Shown here: positions 19,685 to 29,931 of the stretch, one piece after another
Layout of the letters: each line of letters opens with the position of its first letter
Numbering within the stretch: the stretch's first letter is position 1
From: Candidatus Omnitrophota bacterium
GTDB taxonomy: Bacteria > Omnitrophota > Gorgyraeia > JABMRN01 > RBG-13-46-9
Length of the DNA stretch: 64,000 nucleotides
Assembly: GCA_043817155.1 (NCBI GenBank)
Contig: JBDRHE010000072.1
Location: 1,345 to 65,344, forward strand
Direction of reading: 5' to 3'
Notes under the pieces: generated by a model
What the model was told of the DNA's origin: nothing
Database searches by the model: none
What the model saw: the letters and a program-made list of their open reading frames with translations, nothing else
Program-made: the position numbers and the translations under genes

Positions 19685-21380
19685 GGTTCCTTCTGACTTA
19701 GAGATCGCGCAAAGCGCGAGATTGAAACCTATAAAGAGCATAGCAAAGAAGCTTGGCCTAAAGGATAAGGAACTTTTTCTTTATGGCGAACACATGGCAA
19801 AGGTTTCGCTCGATGTTCTGGGTCGCCTTAAGAAGAGGAAGATCGGGAAATATATAGACGTAACTGCCATTACTCCTACGCCGCTTGGCGAAGGCAAGAC
19901 CGTTACCACGATAGGTCTTTCTATGGGCCTTAACAGGATCGGCAAAGACACTACCGTAGTTATTCGTCAGCCGTCCCTGGGACCGGTATTCGGCATCAAA
20001 GGAGGGGCAGCCGGCGGAGGGTATTCACAGGTTGTGCCGATGGAACATTTCAACCTACACCTTACCGGTGATGTGCATGCTGTCGGGCTTGCGCACAACC
20101 TTTGCGCCGCATTCTTAGATAATTCCATCTTTAAGGGAAACAAGCTAAACATAGATATCCCTTCCATACAGTGGAGGCGTGTTGTAGATGTATCGGATAG
20201 ATTCTTGCGCAATATAAAGATTGGGCTCGGCACTCCCGAGGATGGTATTGAACGGGATACAGGATTCGATATTACAGTCGCAAGCGAGGTAATGGCTATA
20301 TTGGCCTTAACAGACTCTCTTAAGGATCTGAGGAGACGCATAGGACGCATAGTTCTTGGTACAACGAAGGATGGAAAGCCGGTTACCGCGGAAGATATAA
20401 AGGTGGCCGGCGCTATGACAGTCCTTCTTAAAGACGCGATCAAGCCTAACCTTCTCCAGACTCTTGACAATACACCGTGTCTTGTGCATGCCGGACCGTT
20501 TGCCAATATTGCGCACGGCAACAGTTCTATATTGGCTGATAAGATAGCGCTTAAACTATCCGATTACGTTGTTACTGAATCCGGTTTTGGCGCAGATTGC
20601 GGGGCTGAGAAGTTTATGGACTTAAAGTGCAGAATAAGCGGGCTTAAGCCCGACTGTGTTGTTATGGTCTGTACTGTAAGGGCTCTTAAGATGCATTCCG
20701 GAAGATTCCAGGTTGTAGCCGGTAAACCACTCGATCCGAAATTGCTACAAGAGGATCTGGAAACGCTAAGTGACGGTTGCGCCAACCTCGAGAAGCATAT
20801 AGAGAACATGAAACTATTTGGAGTGCCGGTGGTCGTGGCGGTGAATAAATTCACCCACGATACCCCTAAGGAGATAGAGCTTATTCGCAAGAAGGCTATA
20901 GCCGCGGGAGCAGAAGATGCAGTTTTGAGTGAAGTTTGGGCAAAAGGTTCTAAGGGGGGCACGGAGCTTGCAAGGGCCGTTGTTAAGGCGGCGGAGAAGA
21001 GATCAAAATTTAAATTCTTATATCCTTTAGACATGTCCATTAAGAAGAAGATAGAGACGATCGCTACAAAGATCTACGGGGCAAAGGATGTTAGCTATGA
21101 GGAGAAGGCGGAGAAGTCGATAGCGTTATTTACAAGACTGGGCTATGATAAGATACCGCTTTGCATGGCAAAGACGCATCTTTCCCTTTCGCATGATCCT
21201 AAATTAAAGGGCAGGCCGGAAGGTTTTACATTGCCTATACGGGATGTGCGCGCATCGGTAGGCGCCGGATTCTTATACCCGCTGTGCGGGACAATGCGTA
21301 CGATGCCGGGACTGCCAACCCATCCTGCCGGCGAGAAGGTGGATATCGACTCGAAGGGACGAACAGTAGGGCTATTTTGA
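19677..21380 (+). CDS. fhs: Formate--tetrahydrofolate ligase
   Basis: TPTPLGEGKT, GIKGGAAGGGYSQV, HAGPFANIAHG, TMPGLP. Confidence 0.97.
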   Translation: MAKVPSDLEIAQSARLKPIKSIAKKLGLKDKELFLYGEHMAKVSLDVLGRLKKRKIGKYIDVTAITPTPLGEGKTVTTIGLSMGLNRIGKDTTVVIRQPSLGPVFGIKGGAAGGGYSQVVPMEHFNLHLTGDVHAVGLAHNLCAAFLDNSIFKGNKLNIDIPSIQWRRVVDVSDRFLRNIKIGLGTPEDGIERDTGFDITVASEVMAILALTDSLKDLRRRIGRIVLGTTKDGKPVTAEDIKVAGAMTVLLKDAIKPNLLQTLDNTPCLVHAGPFANIAHGNSSILADKIALKLSDYVVTESGFGADCGAEKFMDLKCRISGLKPDCVVMVCTVRALKMHSGRFQVVAGKPLDPKLLQEDLETLSDGCANLEKHIENMKLFGVPVVVAVNKFTHDTPKEIELIRKKAIAAGAEDAVLSEVWAKGSKGGTELARAVVKAAEKRSKFKFLYPLDMSIKKKIETIATKIYGAKDVSYEEKAEKSIALFTRLGYDKIPLCMAKTHLSLSHDPKLKGRPEGFTLPIRDVRASVGAGFLYPLCGTMRTMPGLPTHPAGEKVDIDSKGRTVGLF

Positions 21381-21428
21381 CAATTCCAGGCCCCGGGCCT
21401 TTTTCATCAGGCCCGGGGCCTGGAATTG
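21381..21428. repeat. Family D hairpin
   Basis: 20-bp perfect stem CAATTCCAGGCCCCGGGCCT. Confidence 0.8.
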
Positions 21429-21449
21429 GTGGTGACCTGACAGGTAGAA

Positions 21450-22067
21450 ATGGTGTATAAACACGACAGAATCTGTGATTACTTAGACAAGCTTGCCTCG
21501 AAATCGCCGACGCCGGGAGGCGGAAGCGCGGCTGCGCTGATCGGCGCTACTGGCATAGCGCTTCTTGCCAAGGTCGCGAACTTTACAGTAGGAAAAGAAA
21601 AGTATAAAAGTTCCTGGAATGAGATGACAGATATCCTCGGCCTCTGTAAAAGACTGGACGCGGAGTGCCATAGATTATGTTCAGATGACGCGGCAGCCTA
21701 TAAGAAGCTGAGCGAAGTTTTTAAGATGCCAAAAGGCGATGAGCGCAGCGCCAGGCTTCAGAAAGCCTTAAAGGAGGCTATGGGAGTCCCCATGGATATA
21801 TGCAGAAAGACCCATGAGGCCATAAAACTATGTCTGCCCTTGGCTGAAAGAGGAAATGCCAACCTTCTGACCGACACTGGCATAGCCAGCCTCGCATTAA
21901 AGTGCGCTTTTCTCTCTGCCAGGCTTAATGTGGACGTGAACTTAAAGAGTCTTAAAGATGGGAAGCTAGTAACCCAGATGCGAGAAGCGCTCGATTCTAT
22001 GGAGAAGGATGTTGTCTCTTCAAATGAAAAGGTTGCGGCAGCTGTAGATACGTATCTAAAAGGGTAA
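21450..22067 (+). CDS. fchA: Cyclodeaminase/methenyl-THF cyclohydrolase
   Basis: LAS.SPTPGGGSAAA, GNANLLTD, LNVDVNL. Confidence 0.9.
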   Translation: MVYKHDRICDYLDKLASKSPTPGGGSAAALIGATGIALLAKVANFTVGKEKYKSSWNEMTDILGLCKRLDAECHRLCSDDAAAYKKLSEVFKMPKGDERSARLQKALKEAMGVPMDICRKTHEAIKLCLPLAERGNANLLTDTGIASLALKCAFLSARLNVDVNLKSLKDGKLVTQMREALDSMEKDVVSSNEKVAAAVDTYLKG

Positions 22068-22167
22068 AAGAGGTCAATTCGACTGTTCAAAGAAGAAATT
22101 CACGGTAGATGCATTTACAAAAATCTTTGATTTTCGTAAATGCAGGTCTCATTGAAGGAGGGACGAG

Positions 22168-23061
22168 ATGATAAGGAAGATATCGGATATTCTGAAGGAG
22201 AAAGCTTGCACTTATTCTTTTGAATTCTTTCCGCCGAAGACCCAGAAGGGGAGAGATAAGCTTCCCGAAGTTGCGAAGGTCTTCGCAGAGAACGGAGCAG
22301 ACTGGTTTTCAGTCACTTATGGCGCCGGCGGGTCAACGAGAGAAGCCACGATGGATATCGTAGAAGATCTGCAGAAACGTTTTAGCGTACCTGTAATGCA
22401 CCATTTTACCTGCGTGGGACACAGCCAGGAAGAACTTAAAAAGATATTGGGGAGGATGAAGGAGAAGAACATCCGCAATATACTCGCGCTTCGAGGCGAC
22501 GCGCCTGAAGGCGAAGAGTTATGGGCGCCGTCCCCTGACGGCTTCGAATACTGTTATCAGCTGGTAGAGCTCATACGGTCGTATGGAGACTTCTTCAGCA
22601 TAGGTGTCGCCGGTTTCCCCGAAGGCCACATAAACTGCCCGGACAAGGAGACGGATTCTAAGTACTTGAAGATCAAGATGGATAAAGGCGGCGAGTTCGC
22701 GATAACACAGCTCTTTTTTGATAATAAAGACTACTTTGAATACCTGCAGCGCATAAAGAAGATCGGTGTGACTGCGCGAATTCTTCCGGGAGTTATCACA
22801 ATAACGAATTATAAGACATTGCTTAAGTTCTGCGGTACGTGCGGGGCCACCATTCCGCAGAAGGTGCATGATATATTCAAGCCGCTCCAGGATGACCTCG
22901 AAGCAACATACAAAGCCGGCGTCGAATTTGCGGTTAAGCAGTGTAAAGAGCTGCTGGATGGCGGCGCTCCGGGACTCCACTTCTATTCTCTAAATAAGGT
23001 GGAGCCGACGCTCGAAGTTATGAATAAGGTAAAGGCGATGTCAACCTGCAAAGCGAAATAA
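22168..23061 (+). CDS. metF: 5,10-methylene-THF reductase
   Basis: SFEFFPPK, SVTYGAGG, LALRGD, ITQLFFD, GLHFYSLN. Confidence 0.95.
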   Translation: MIRKISDILKEKACTYSFEFFPPKTQKGRDKLPEVAKVFAENGADWFSVTYGAGGSTREATMDIVEDLQKRFSVPVMHHFTCVGHSQEELKKILGRMKEKNIRNILALRGDAPEGEELWAPSPDGFEYCYQLVELIRSYGDFFSIGVAGFPEGHINCPDKETDSKYLKIKMDKGGEFAITQLFFDNKDYFEYLQRIKKIGVTARILPGVITITNYKTLLKFCGTCGATIPQKVHDIFKPLQDDLEATYKAGVEFAVKQCKELLDGGAPGLHFYSLNKVEPTLEVMNKVKAMSTCKAK

Positions 23062-23081
23062 TTACAATTTAGGAGAAGAGT

Positions 23082-23942
23082 ATGTCTGCAAAGTTGTTAG
23101 AAGGAAAAGCGATCGCCGGTAAGATCAAAGAGGATCTAAAAAAAGAGATAGAGTCTTTAAAAGCGAAGACCGGCAAAGGGCCTAAGCTCGTGAGCATCCA
23201 GGTTGGAGAGAACGCGGCTTCCGCGGTCTATATAAAATCCCAAAAGAAGAATGCGGAGAACCTGGGCATAGAGTATGAACTTAAGACGCTTGATGCCGAT
23301 CTTACTCAGGATGGTCTGATAGAAGAGATGGGAAGGCTGAATAGCGATAAAGGCGTTACAGCGATCATAGTACAGCTTCCCCTGCCTAAACAGATAGATC
23401 ATAAAATTGTCATGGCAGCCATTGCGCCTGAAAAGGACGCGGAGGGAATGCATCCGACAAACCTCGGGCGTCTTCTTCTTGGAAGCTCAAACCTGGCTCC
23501 GTGTACAGCGCAAGCGGTAATGGAGCTAATACTATCAACAGGTATTAAACTCTATGGAAAGGAAGCCGTTATAGTCGGCCACTCCGAGATAGTGGGAAAG
23601 CCGCTAAGCATGCTGCTTCTAAAGCAGTTTGCTACTACGAGAGTATGTCATATCGCCACCGGTGAAAGAGGCGTTCTGGCCGAACACGTAAAGGACGCTG
23701 AAGTACTTGTTGTCGCGGTAGGTAAGGCAGGCCTCGTAAAAGGGGATTGGATAAAGAAGGATGCTATCGTTGTAGACGTAGGAATAAATCGGATCGAAGG
23801 TAAAATAGTAGGTGATGTAGAGTTTGAAAAAGCGAAGGAGCGGGCAAGCTATATTACACCCGTTCCGGGCGGTGTTGGCCCGCTAACGGTTACGATGTTG
23901 CTTAAGAATGTCGTTGAAGCTTTTAAGTTGCAGCATCAGTAA
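23082..23942 (+). CDS. folD: Methylene-THF dehydrogenase/cyclohydrolase
   Basis: VQLPLP, EKDAEG, VGKP, DVGIN, TPVPGGVGP. Confidence 0.96.
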   Translation: MSAKLLEGKAIAGKIKEDLKKEIESLKAKTGKGPKLVSIQVGENAASAVYIKSQKKNAENLGIEYELKTLDADLTQDGLIEEMGRLNSDKGVTAIIVQLPLPKQIDHKIVMAAIAPEKDAEGMHPTNLGRLLLGSSNLAPCTAQAVMELILSTGIKLYGKEAVIVGHSEIVGKPLSMLLLKQFATTRVCHIATGERGVLAEHVKDAEVLVVAVGKAGLVKGDWIKKDAIVVDVGINRIEGKIVGDVEFEKAKERASYITPVPGGVGPLTVTMLLKNVVEAFKLQHQ

Positions 23943-23946
23943 TTTC

Positions 23947-24026
23947 TGTCATCCCCGCGCAAGCGGGGATCCAGAGCGGACACGTAGATAGTTAATCCAT
24001 GGATTCCCGCTTTCGCGGGAATGACA
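23947..24026. repeat. Family B doublet
   Basis: Linker shared with copies at 9671, 29786, 34479. Confidence 0.9.
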
Positions 24027-24061
24027 TGTGGGAAGATGCCAAGGGACAAATAGAGGTCTCA

Positions 24062-24820
24062 TTGAAGATCGCATTTACGGGAAAAGGCGGAGTTGGGAAG
24101 ACGACACTAGCGAGTCTTTTTATCCGTGTTCTTTCAAAAGACGAGGCAGTTTTGGCGGTCGATTGTGATCCCGATGCTAATCTCGGGCGCGCGCTTGGCT
24201 TTAAAGATGCCGAAAAGATACGGCCTATCGTCAATATGAAAGAGATGATCGCCGATCGCATGGGCATTAAGGATGGCGATAAGTCCTTTTATCAGCTCAA
24301 TCCTAAAATTGACGATATTCCGGATTCATATTCAAAAAATAACGGGAACATAAAGTTAATTGTGATGGGGGCCGTAGAAGAGGGTGGATCGGGGTGCATG
24401 TGTCCGGAGAGCGCTTTTGTAAAGAGCCTCATTTCGCACCTTATACTTCGCCGGAACGAACATGTTGTTATGGATATGGAAGCCGGCGTCGAGCATCTCG
24501 GCAGGGGAACCGCAGGTTCCTGTGATTTTGTTATTACCGTTTGCGAGCCTACGCATAACTCTGTTGAGACGGCAAAACGGATAGAGGGATTCGCGAAGGA
24601 TATCGGGGTGCGCAAGATCTATGCTGTAGGAAACAAGATCAGGTCAGCAAGCGATAGGATATTTTTAGAGAAGGCGCTTGGAGAGATACGTCTTCTTGAA
24701 TCTGTAGAATTTTCAGATGAATTTCTAGAAACCTGCAAGGAGAACGCTCCTGATCTGGTTTCAGAAGACGTGGTTTTAAAGATCAAAACGATCAGGCGTC
24801 TATTGGAGGAGGAGACATAA
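24062..24820 (+). CDS. cooC: CODH nickel-insertion ATPase CooC
   Basis: GKGGVGKT, DCDPDANL, GSGCMCPE, DMEAGVEHLGRG; TTG start. Confidence 0.92.
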   Translation: MKIAFTGKGGVGKTTLASLFIRVLSKDEAVLAVDCDPDANLGRALGFKDAEKIRPIVNMKEMIADRMGIKDGDKSFYQLNPKIDDIPDSYSKNNGNIKLIVMGAVEEGGSGCMCPESAFVKSLISHLILRRNEHVVMDMEAGVEHLGRGTAGSCDFVITVCEPTHNSVETAKRIEGFAKDIGVRKIYAVGNKIRSASDRIFLEKALGEIRLLESVEFSDEFLETCKENAPDLVSEDVVLKIKTIRRLLEEET

Positions 24821-26742
24821 TGGCGGAAAAGAAGAAGACCGGTATCGATAAATTGCGGGAGATCTGTTATTCGTGCGGTCTGGAAACGATATGGGACAGG
24901 TACGATGCGCAGGAGCCTCACTGTGGTTTTGGCCTGCTTGGGCTTTGCTGCAAAACATGCAATCTCGGACCATGCCGAATTGACCCGTTCGGAGAGGGGC
25001 CGCAGGCGGGTACATGCGGCGCCACAGCTGATACGATAAGCGCGCGGAATCTCGCGCGTCATGTCGCAGCGGGAAGTTCGTGCCACTCAGATCATGGAAG
25101 AGAGATAGCCCATACACTTCATCTCTATGGCCAGGGGAAGGCTCCGAGCTACGAGATACGAAGTGAAAAGAAACTCAAGGTAGTCGCCGGCGAATATGGG
25201 ATTACCATTGATGGTAAGACAAATGAGGAGATCGCGCGAGAACTAGGAGAGCGCATGCTTGAGGATTTTGGCAGCCAAGCGAAGGCCCCTACACTTCTTG
25301 CCAGAGCCCCAAAGAAACAGCAAAAGATATGGGATGAACGCAGGATAGTTCCGCATGGAATCGACAGACCGGTCGTTGAGACGATGGCGCGTACCAATAT
25401 AGGGGTAGATACCGACTATAAAAACATAATTTTAGGTTCGATGAAAGCGGCGCTCGCCGATGGTTGGGGAGGGTCGATGATAGCTACAGAAGCTAGTGAT
25501 ATTCTTTTTGGCGCCCCGCAGGCTATCAGGGCAAAGGTCAATCTCGGAGTTTTAAAAGAAGATCAGGTCAATATTATTATTCACGGGCACGTCCCACTTT
25601 TAAGTGATGTCATCGTTACAGCTTCGCGAGACCAGGAGATGCTGAAATTGGCAAAGGCAAAGGGCGCTTCCGGCATTACTGTCGCGGGGATCTGTTGTAC
25701 GGCAAACGAGATCTTAATGAGAAGGGGCGTTCCTGTAGCAGGGAGTTTCCTGCAGCAGGAACTGGCGATCTCGACCGGAGCGGTCGAAGCAATGGTTGTA
25801 GATTTACAGTGCGTTCTTCCGGGTCTGGCGAGGATTGGGGAGAAGTTCCATACAAATCTTATTTCTACTCATCCGAAGGCAAAGTTCCCGGGCATGGAAC
25901 ACATAGAGTTCTCCGAAGAGAAGGCGCTCGATATTGCCAGGGCCATTGTAACAAAAGCGATAGAAAATTATCCTAATCGGGACAAATCAAAGGTGAATAT
26001 CCCGAAAGGAACCATGGATCTCATCGCCGGGTTCACCCCTGAAAATATTTATCATTATCTCGGAGGAAAATATCGCTCGACATACCGGCCGCTTAACGAT
26101 GCGATTGCGAGCGGACGTATACGCGGTGTTGCCGGCGTAGTAGGGTGTGATAATCCGAAACAGAAGAGCGGGAAGAGCCACATGGAGATGGTAAAAGAGC
26201 TCCTTAAACACGATGTGCTGGTTGTCCAGACCGGGTGTTCTGCGCTGGAGTCTGCGCAGGCAGGACTTCTCGTTCCGGAAGCCGCGAAGAAGTACGCGGG
26301 CAAAGGTATACAGGAGGTCTGCGAAGCGGTAGGGATACCCCCGGTTTTGCATCTCGGCTCCTGTGTTGACAATTCCAGAATTCTTATAGCTTGTACAAAT
26401 ATTGTTCGTGAAGGCGGGATAGGGGACGGGATCGATGAGCTTCCGGTGGCAGGGGCAGCGCCCGAATGGATGAGCGAAAAAGCTATCGCTATCGGTTCCT
26501 ATTTTGTCGCTTCGGGAGTTCTTGTTGTGATCGGGTCCCCGCTACCGGTGACGGGTTCGAAGAACGTGGTCAGCTATCTCACCGAAGAGCTGGAGGATGT
26601 TGTAGGAGGAAAATGGGCTTTTGAGGAGGACCCGATAAGAGGGGCCCATATAATAATACGCCACCTTGATAAGAAGCGTACGGCATTAAAGCTTGCGCCT
26701 ATGATGTATCAGAAATCCGAAACTGTTTTGGTGAAAGAATAA
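24820..26742 (+). CDS. cooS: Anaerobic Ni,Fe carbon monoxide dehydrogenase catalytic subunit (AcsA/CooS)
   Basis: CGFG..G.CC..C..GPC, HGH, GICCTANE, GCDNPK, TGC, GSCVD, EWMSEKA. Confidence 0.96.
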   Translation: MAEKKKTGIDKLREICYSCGLETIWDRYDAQEPHCGFGLLGLCCKTCNLGPCRIDPFGEGPQAGTCGATADTISARNLARHVAAGSSCHSDHGREIAHTLHLYGQGKAPSYEIRSEKKLKVVAGEYGITIDGKTNEEIARELGERMLEDFGSQAKAPTLLARAPKKQQKIWDERRIVPHGIDRPVVETMARTNIGVDTDYKNIILGSMKAALADGWGGSMIATEASDILFGAPQAIRAKVNLGVLKEDQVNIIIHGHVPLLSDVIVTASRDQEMLKLAKAKGASGITVAGICCTANEILMRRGVPVAGSFLQQELAISTGAVEAMVVDLQCVLPGLARIGEKFHTNLISTHPKAKFPGMEHIEFSEEKALDIARAIVTKAIENYPNRDKSKVNIPKGTMDLIAGFTPENIYHYLGGKYRSTYRPLNDAIASGRIRGVAGVVGCDNPKQKSGKSHMEMVKELLKHDVLVVQTGCSALESAQAGLLVPEAAKKYAGKGIQEVCEAVGIPPVLHLGSCVDNSRILIACTNIVREGGIGDGIDELPVAGAAPEWMSEKAIAIGSYFVASGVLVVIGSPLPVTGSKNVVSYLTEELEDVVGGKWAFEEDPIRGAHIIIRHLDKKRTALKLAPMMYQKSETVLVKE

Positions 26743-27272
26743 TGGTAATGAAGAAGGGGATAATTATAGTAGATCCCAAAAGATGTGTCGCATGCAGGAC
26801 GTGCGAGCTGCAATGCGCGGTTGCGCATTCAAAATCGAAAGATCTGAATAAGGCAATTTACGAAGAGCCGCGCTCCAAATCGCGGGTCAAGGTCGAATCA
26901 TGCCAGGACCTTGTAGTTCCTTTGCAATGCCGGCACTGTGAGGATGCCCCGTGCGTAAAGATATGTCCGACAAAAGCGCTCGAGAAGTTTGAAGTTGAAG
27001 GCCCGGTATTGATAGATGACAAGAGATGCATTGGATGTAAGTGGTGCGTCGTGGTCTGTCCATTCGGTGTAATAAATATGGATAAGTCCGGGAAGGCCAT
27101 AATAAAATGCGACCTCTGTTTTGAACGACTTAAAAATGGGGAGAGACCTGTCTGCTGCGCGGCCTGTCCAACCGGCGCATTACAGTTTAAGACCATGGAA
27201 GAGGTGACCAGGGAGAAGAAGAGAGAGTATCTGGTCAAGTTTAATTCGTCCGCAGAATTACCCGGGCTTTAG
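26742..27272 (+). CDS. cooF: CooF-type 4x[4Fe-4S] electron transfer protein
   Basis: CVACRTCELQC, CRHCEDAPC..ICP, CIGCKWC..VCP, KCDLC...C..ACP. Confidence 0.9.
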   Translation: MVMKKGIIIVDPKRCVACRTCELQCAVAHSKSKDLNKAIYEEPRSKSRVKVESCQDLVVPLQCRHCEDAPCVKICPTKALEKFEVEGPVLIDDKRCIGCKWCVVVCPFGVINMDKSGKAIIKCDLCFERLKNGERPVCCAACPTGALQFKTMEEVTREKKREYLVKFNSSAELPGL

Positions 27273-27393
27273 CCCGTGGATAGAATTTCGCAAAGCGAAA
27301 TTCATTGCTTGGCGAGATGCTAAGCATCTCACCAAAGGTGATATGTGTTTTTGATGGAGGGAGCCCACCGGACTTTAGCCCGGGGGGCTCCAC
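27261..27393 (+). repeat. Family C element; the hairpin at its left edge contains the cooF stop codon
   Basis: Matches 2431-2545. Confidence 0.9.
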
Positions 27394-27419
27394 GAAAGAG
27401 AAGCAAGGGGGAGCGGTCT

Positions 27420-27890
27420 TTGAAGAAGGCAATAGACGTAAAGAAGATAGACGGCATAGTTAAGCGGCATAAATGCCGCATGAGTGGACTTATCGGGATG
27501 TTACAGGACATTCAGGGTAGTCATGGTTTTCTGCCTAAAGAGGCGCTCACCCGTGTGGCTGAGGCATTGAATGCCCCGCTAAGTCAGGTATACAGTCTGG
27601 CCACTTTCTATAAGGCTTTTAGTCTAAAGGCGCGCGGTAAGTATATGGTCTCTCTTTGCATGGGTACCGCATGCCACGTAAGAGGAACGGAAAGAATACT
27701 GGATGAATTGGAGAGGAAGCTCAAGATAAAAGCCGGCAACACAAGCAAGGACTCACGCTTCAGCCTGGAGACGGTCAACTGTTTAGGCGCTTGCGCGCTT
27801 GGGCCATTAATGGTTATAAACGGCGAATATTACGCTAAGATGAATGCCAAGAAGGTGGGTTCGATTCTTAAAAAATATGAAAAATCCTAA
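27420..27890 (+). CDS. NuoE/HydC-like [2Fe-2S] subunit
   Basis: ATFY, CMGTACHVRG, NCLGAC; TTG start after GGGGAG. Confidence 0.9.
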   Translation: MKKAIDVKKIDGIVKRHKCRMSGLIGMLQDIQGSHGFLPKEALTRVAEALNAPLSQVYSLATFYKAFSLKARGKYMVSLCMGTACHVRGTERILDELERKLKIKAGNTSKDSRFSLETVNCLGACALGPLMVINGEYYAKMNAKKVGSILKKYEKS

Positions 27891-29754
27891 AACGCCAAAG
27901 ATAAAAAAGCTGAAAGATACAAAAGGGCTTGAGGAGCTAAGAAGATCTATATTGAAAAAGCGCGAGGCCGGCAAGCCCTGTGTAACCATATGTAAAGGAA
28001 CCGGGTGTTCTGCCTCCGGGGCATCAGAGCTTGAAGCTGATCTTAAAGAAGAGATCAAAAAGAAGAAATTGGACCGTGAAGTGGACGTTAGAACGACCGG
28101 ATGTCACGGATTCTGTGAAAAGGGGCCGCTTCTCGTTGTGCACCCCAGCAAGATATTCTATCAGAGCGTTAAAAGTAAAGATGTGCCCGAGATAGTTGAA
28201 GAGACACTGGTAAAGAAAAGAATAGTAGATAGATTGCTTTACAGCGATCCCGCAACCGGTAAAAAAATCACGCATGAAGATGAGGTCCCTTTCTATAAGA
28301 AGCAGACCAGACTCATCTTTGGCAATAACGGAAAGATAGATCCTACTAATATCGAAGACTATATAGCGCTCGGCGGGTATAGTTCTTTATCTAAAGTACT
28401 ATCAAAGATGAAGCCCGAAGATGTCATAGATGAGGTGAATCGTTCAGGTCTCCGCGGCAGAGGCGGCGGAGGCTTCCCGACAGGCAGGAAGTGGGAATCC
28501 TGTAGTAAGTCAAAGGGCGATACGAAATATGTAATATGCAATGCGGATGAAGGGGACCCGGGCGCTTTTCAGGATCGGAGCCTTCTTGAAGGTAACCCTC
28601 ATGCTGTGGTAGAGGGGATGATAATAGGCGCTTATGCCATTGGCGCTAAAGAAGGATATATTTATGTACGAAACGAGTATCCGCTGGCAGTAAAGCACAT
28701 CGAGATAGCCATAGAGAGCGCCGAAGACTTGGGATTATTGGGCAAAGATATCCTGGGATCGAAATTCTCTTTTACAATTAACGTTGTAAAAGGCGGGGGA
28801 GCATTTGTTTGCGGTGAATCCTCGGCACTAACGGCGTCTATAGAAGGGCGCATTGGTGAGCCGCGCTTTAAACATGTTCACGCTACCGAAAAAGGGCTTT
28901 GGGATAAACCCACGACTCTTAATAATGTTAAGACCTGGGCAACGGTTCCATTTGTTATCGATAAAGGCGCTCGCTTTTATTCAAAGATAGGTACCGAAAG
29001 AAGCAAGGGAACGATGATCTTTTCGTTGGTTGGCAAGATCAATAATACCGGTCTTATCGAGGTTCCTATGGGGATAACTTTGCGTGAACTGATATACGAT
29101 ATAGGCGGCGGTATTCCCGGCAAGAAGAGATTTAAGGCTGTGCAGACAGGAGGCCCCTCAGGGGGGTGTGTCCCGGAAAGCCATCTCGATATTCCTGTAG
29201 ATTACGAAAAACTTACAGAAGCCGGCTCCATGATGGGCTCGGGCGCAATGATAGTAATGGATGAAGATACCTGCATGGTAAATGTGGCCAAATATTTTCT
29301 CTCCTTTACCAAAGATGAATCATGCGGGAAGTGTACCCCATGCCGGGAAGGCGTGAAACATATGCTCGATATATTAAATAGAATTACAAAGGGCGAGGGA
29401 GAAGCCGGGGACATAGAATTACTCGAAGAGCTGGGTAGCAGAATATCGGAGACATCACTTTGCGCTTTAGGACAGACAGCCTCAAATCCGGTACGCACGA
29501 CAATACGATATTTCAGGGATGAGTACAAGGCGCATATAGAAGATAAGAAGTGCCCGGCGAAAGTTTGCCACGATCTCATAACTTACTCTATCGATGAAAG
29601 TAAGTGCACAGGATGCACATTGTGCGCTATAGAGTGTCCCGAGAAGGTAATTTCAGGTGAAAAGAAGAAGCCTCACAAGATAGACGAGAAGAAGTGCATC
29701 AGGTGTGGTGTCTGTTTTGATGTCTGCAAGTTCGGCGCGGTAAAGGTGAAGTAG
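27877..29754 (+). CDS. NuoF/HydB-like FMN/NAD(H)-binding subunit with N-terminal [2Fe-2S] and C-terminal 2x[4Fe-4S]
   Basis: GRGGGGFP, NADEGDPG, GGPSGG, SCGKCTPCREG, CTGCTLC, CIRCGVC. Confidence 0.92.
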   Translation: MKNPKTPKIKKLKDTKGLEELRRSILKKREAGKPCVTICKGTGCSASGASELEADLKEEIKKKKLDREVDVRTTGCHGFCEKGPLLVVHPSKIFYQSVKSKDVPEIVEETLVKKRIVDRLLYSDPATGKKITHEDEVPFYKKQTRLIFGNNGKIDPTNIEDYIALGGYSSLSKVLSKMKPEDVIDEVNRSGLRGRGGGGFPTGRKWESCSKSKGDTKYVICNADEGDPGAFQDRSLLEGNPHAVVEGMIIGAYAIGAKEGYIYVRNEYPLAVKHIEIAIESAEDLGLLGKDILGSKFSFTINVVKGGGAFVCGESSALTASIEGRIGEPRFKHVHATEKGLWDKPTTLNNVKTWATVPFVIDKGARFYSKIGTERSKGTMIFSLVGKINNTGLIEVPMGITLRELIYDIGGGIPGKKRFKAVQTGGPSGGCVPESHLDIPVDYEKLTEAGSMMGSGAMIVMDEDTCMVNVAKYFLSFTKDESCGKCTPCREGVKHMLDILNRITKGEGEAGDIELLEELGSRISETSLCALGQTASNPVRTTIRYFRDEYKAHIEDKKCPAKVCHDLITYSIDESKCTGCTLCAIECPEKVISGEKKKPHKIDEKKCIRCGVCFDVCKFGAVKVK

Positions 29755-29785
29755 TGTAATGGGTGAGCTTTCATGGTTTTTTCTC

Positions 29786-29885
29786 TGTCATTCCCGGACC
29801 GCTGCTGCGGTCTAAACTCCAGCGGGAATCCATGGATGCACTCTCTACGAGTCCGCTCTGGATCCCCGCTTTCGCGGGGATGACA
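29786..29885. repeat. Family B doublet with extra hairpin in left loop
   Basis: Similar loop insertion in the 44188 copy. Confidence 0.88.
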
Positions 29886-29931
29886 AGCGGGGACAAACTC
29901 TTGTTTATTAACCAATTATGGAATAGGGACG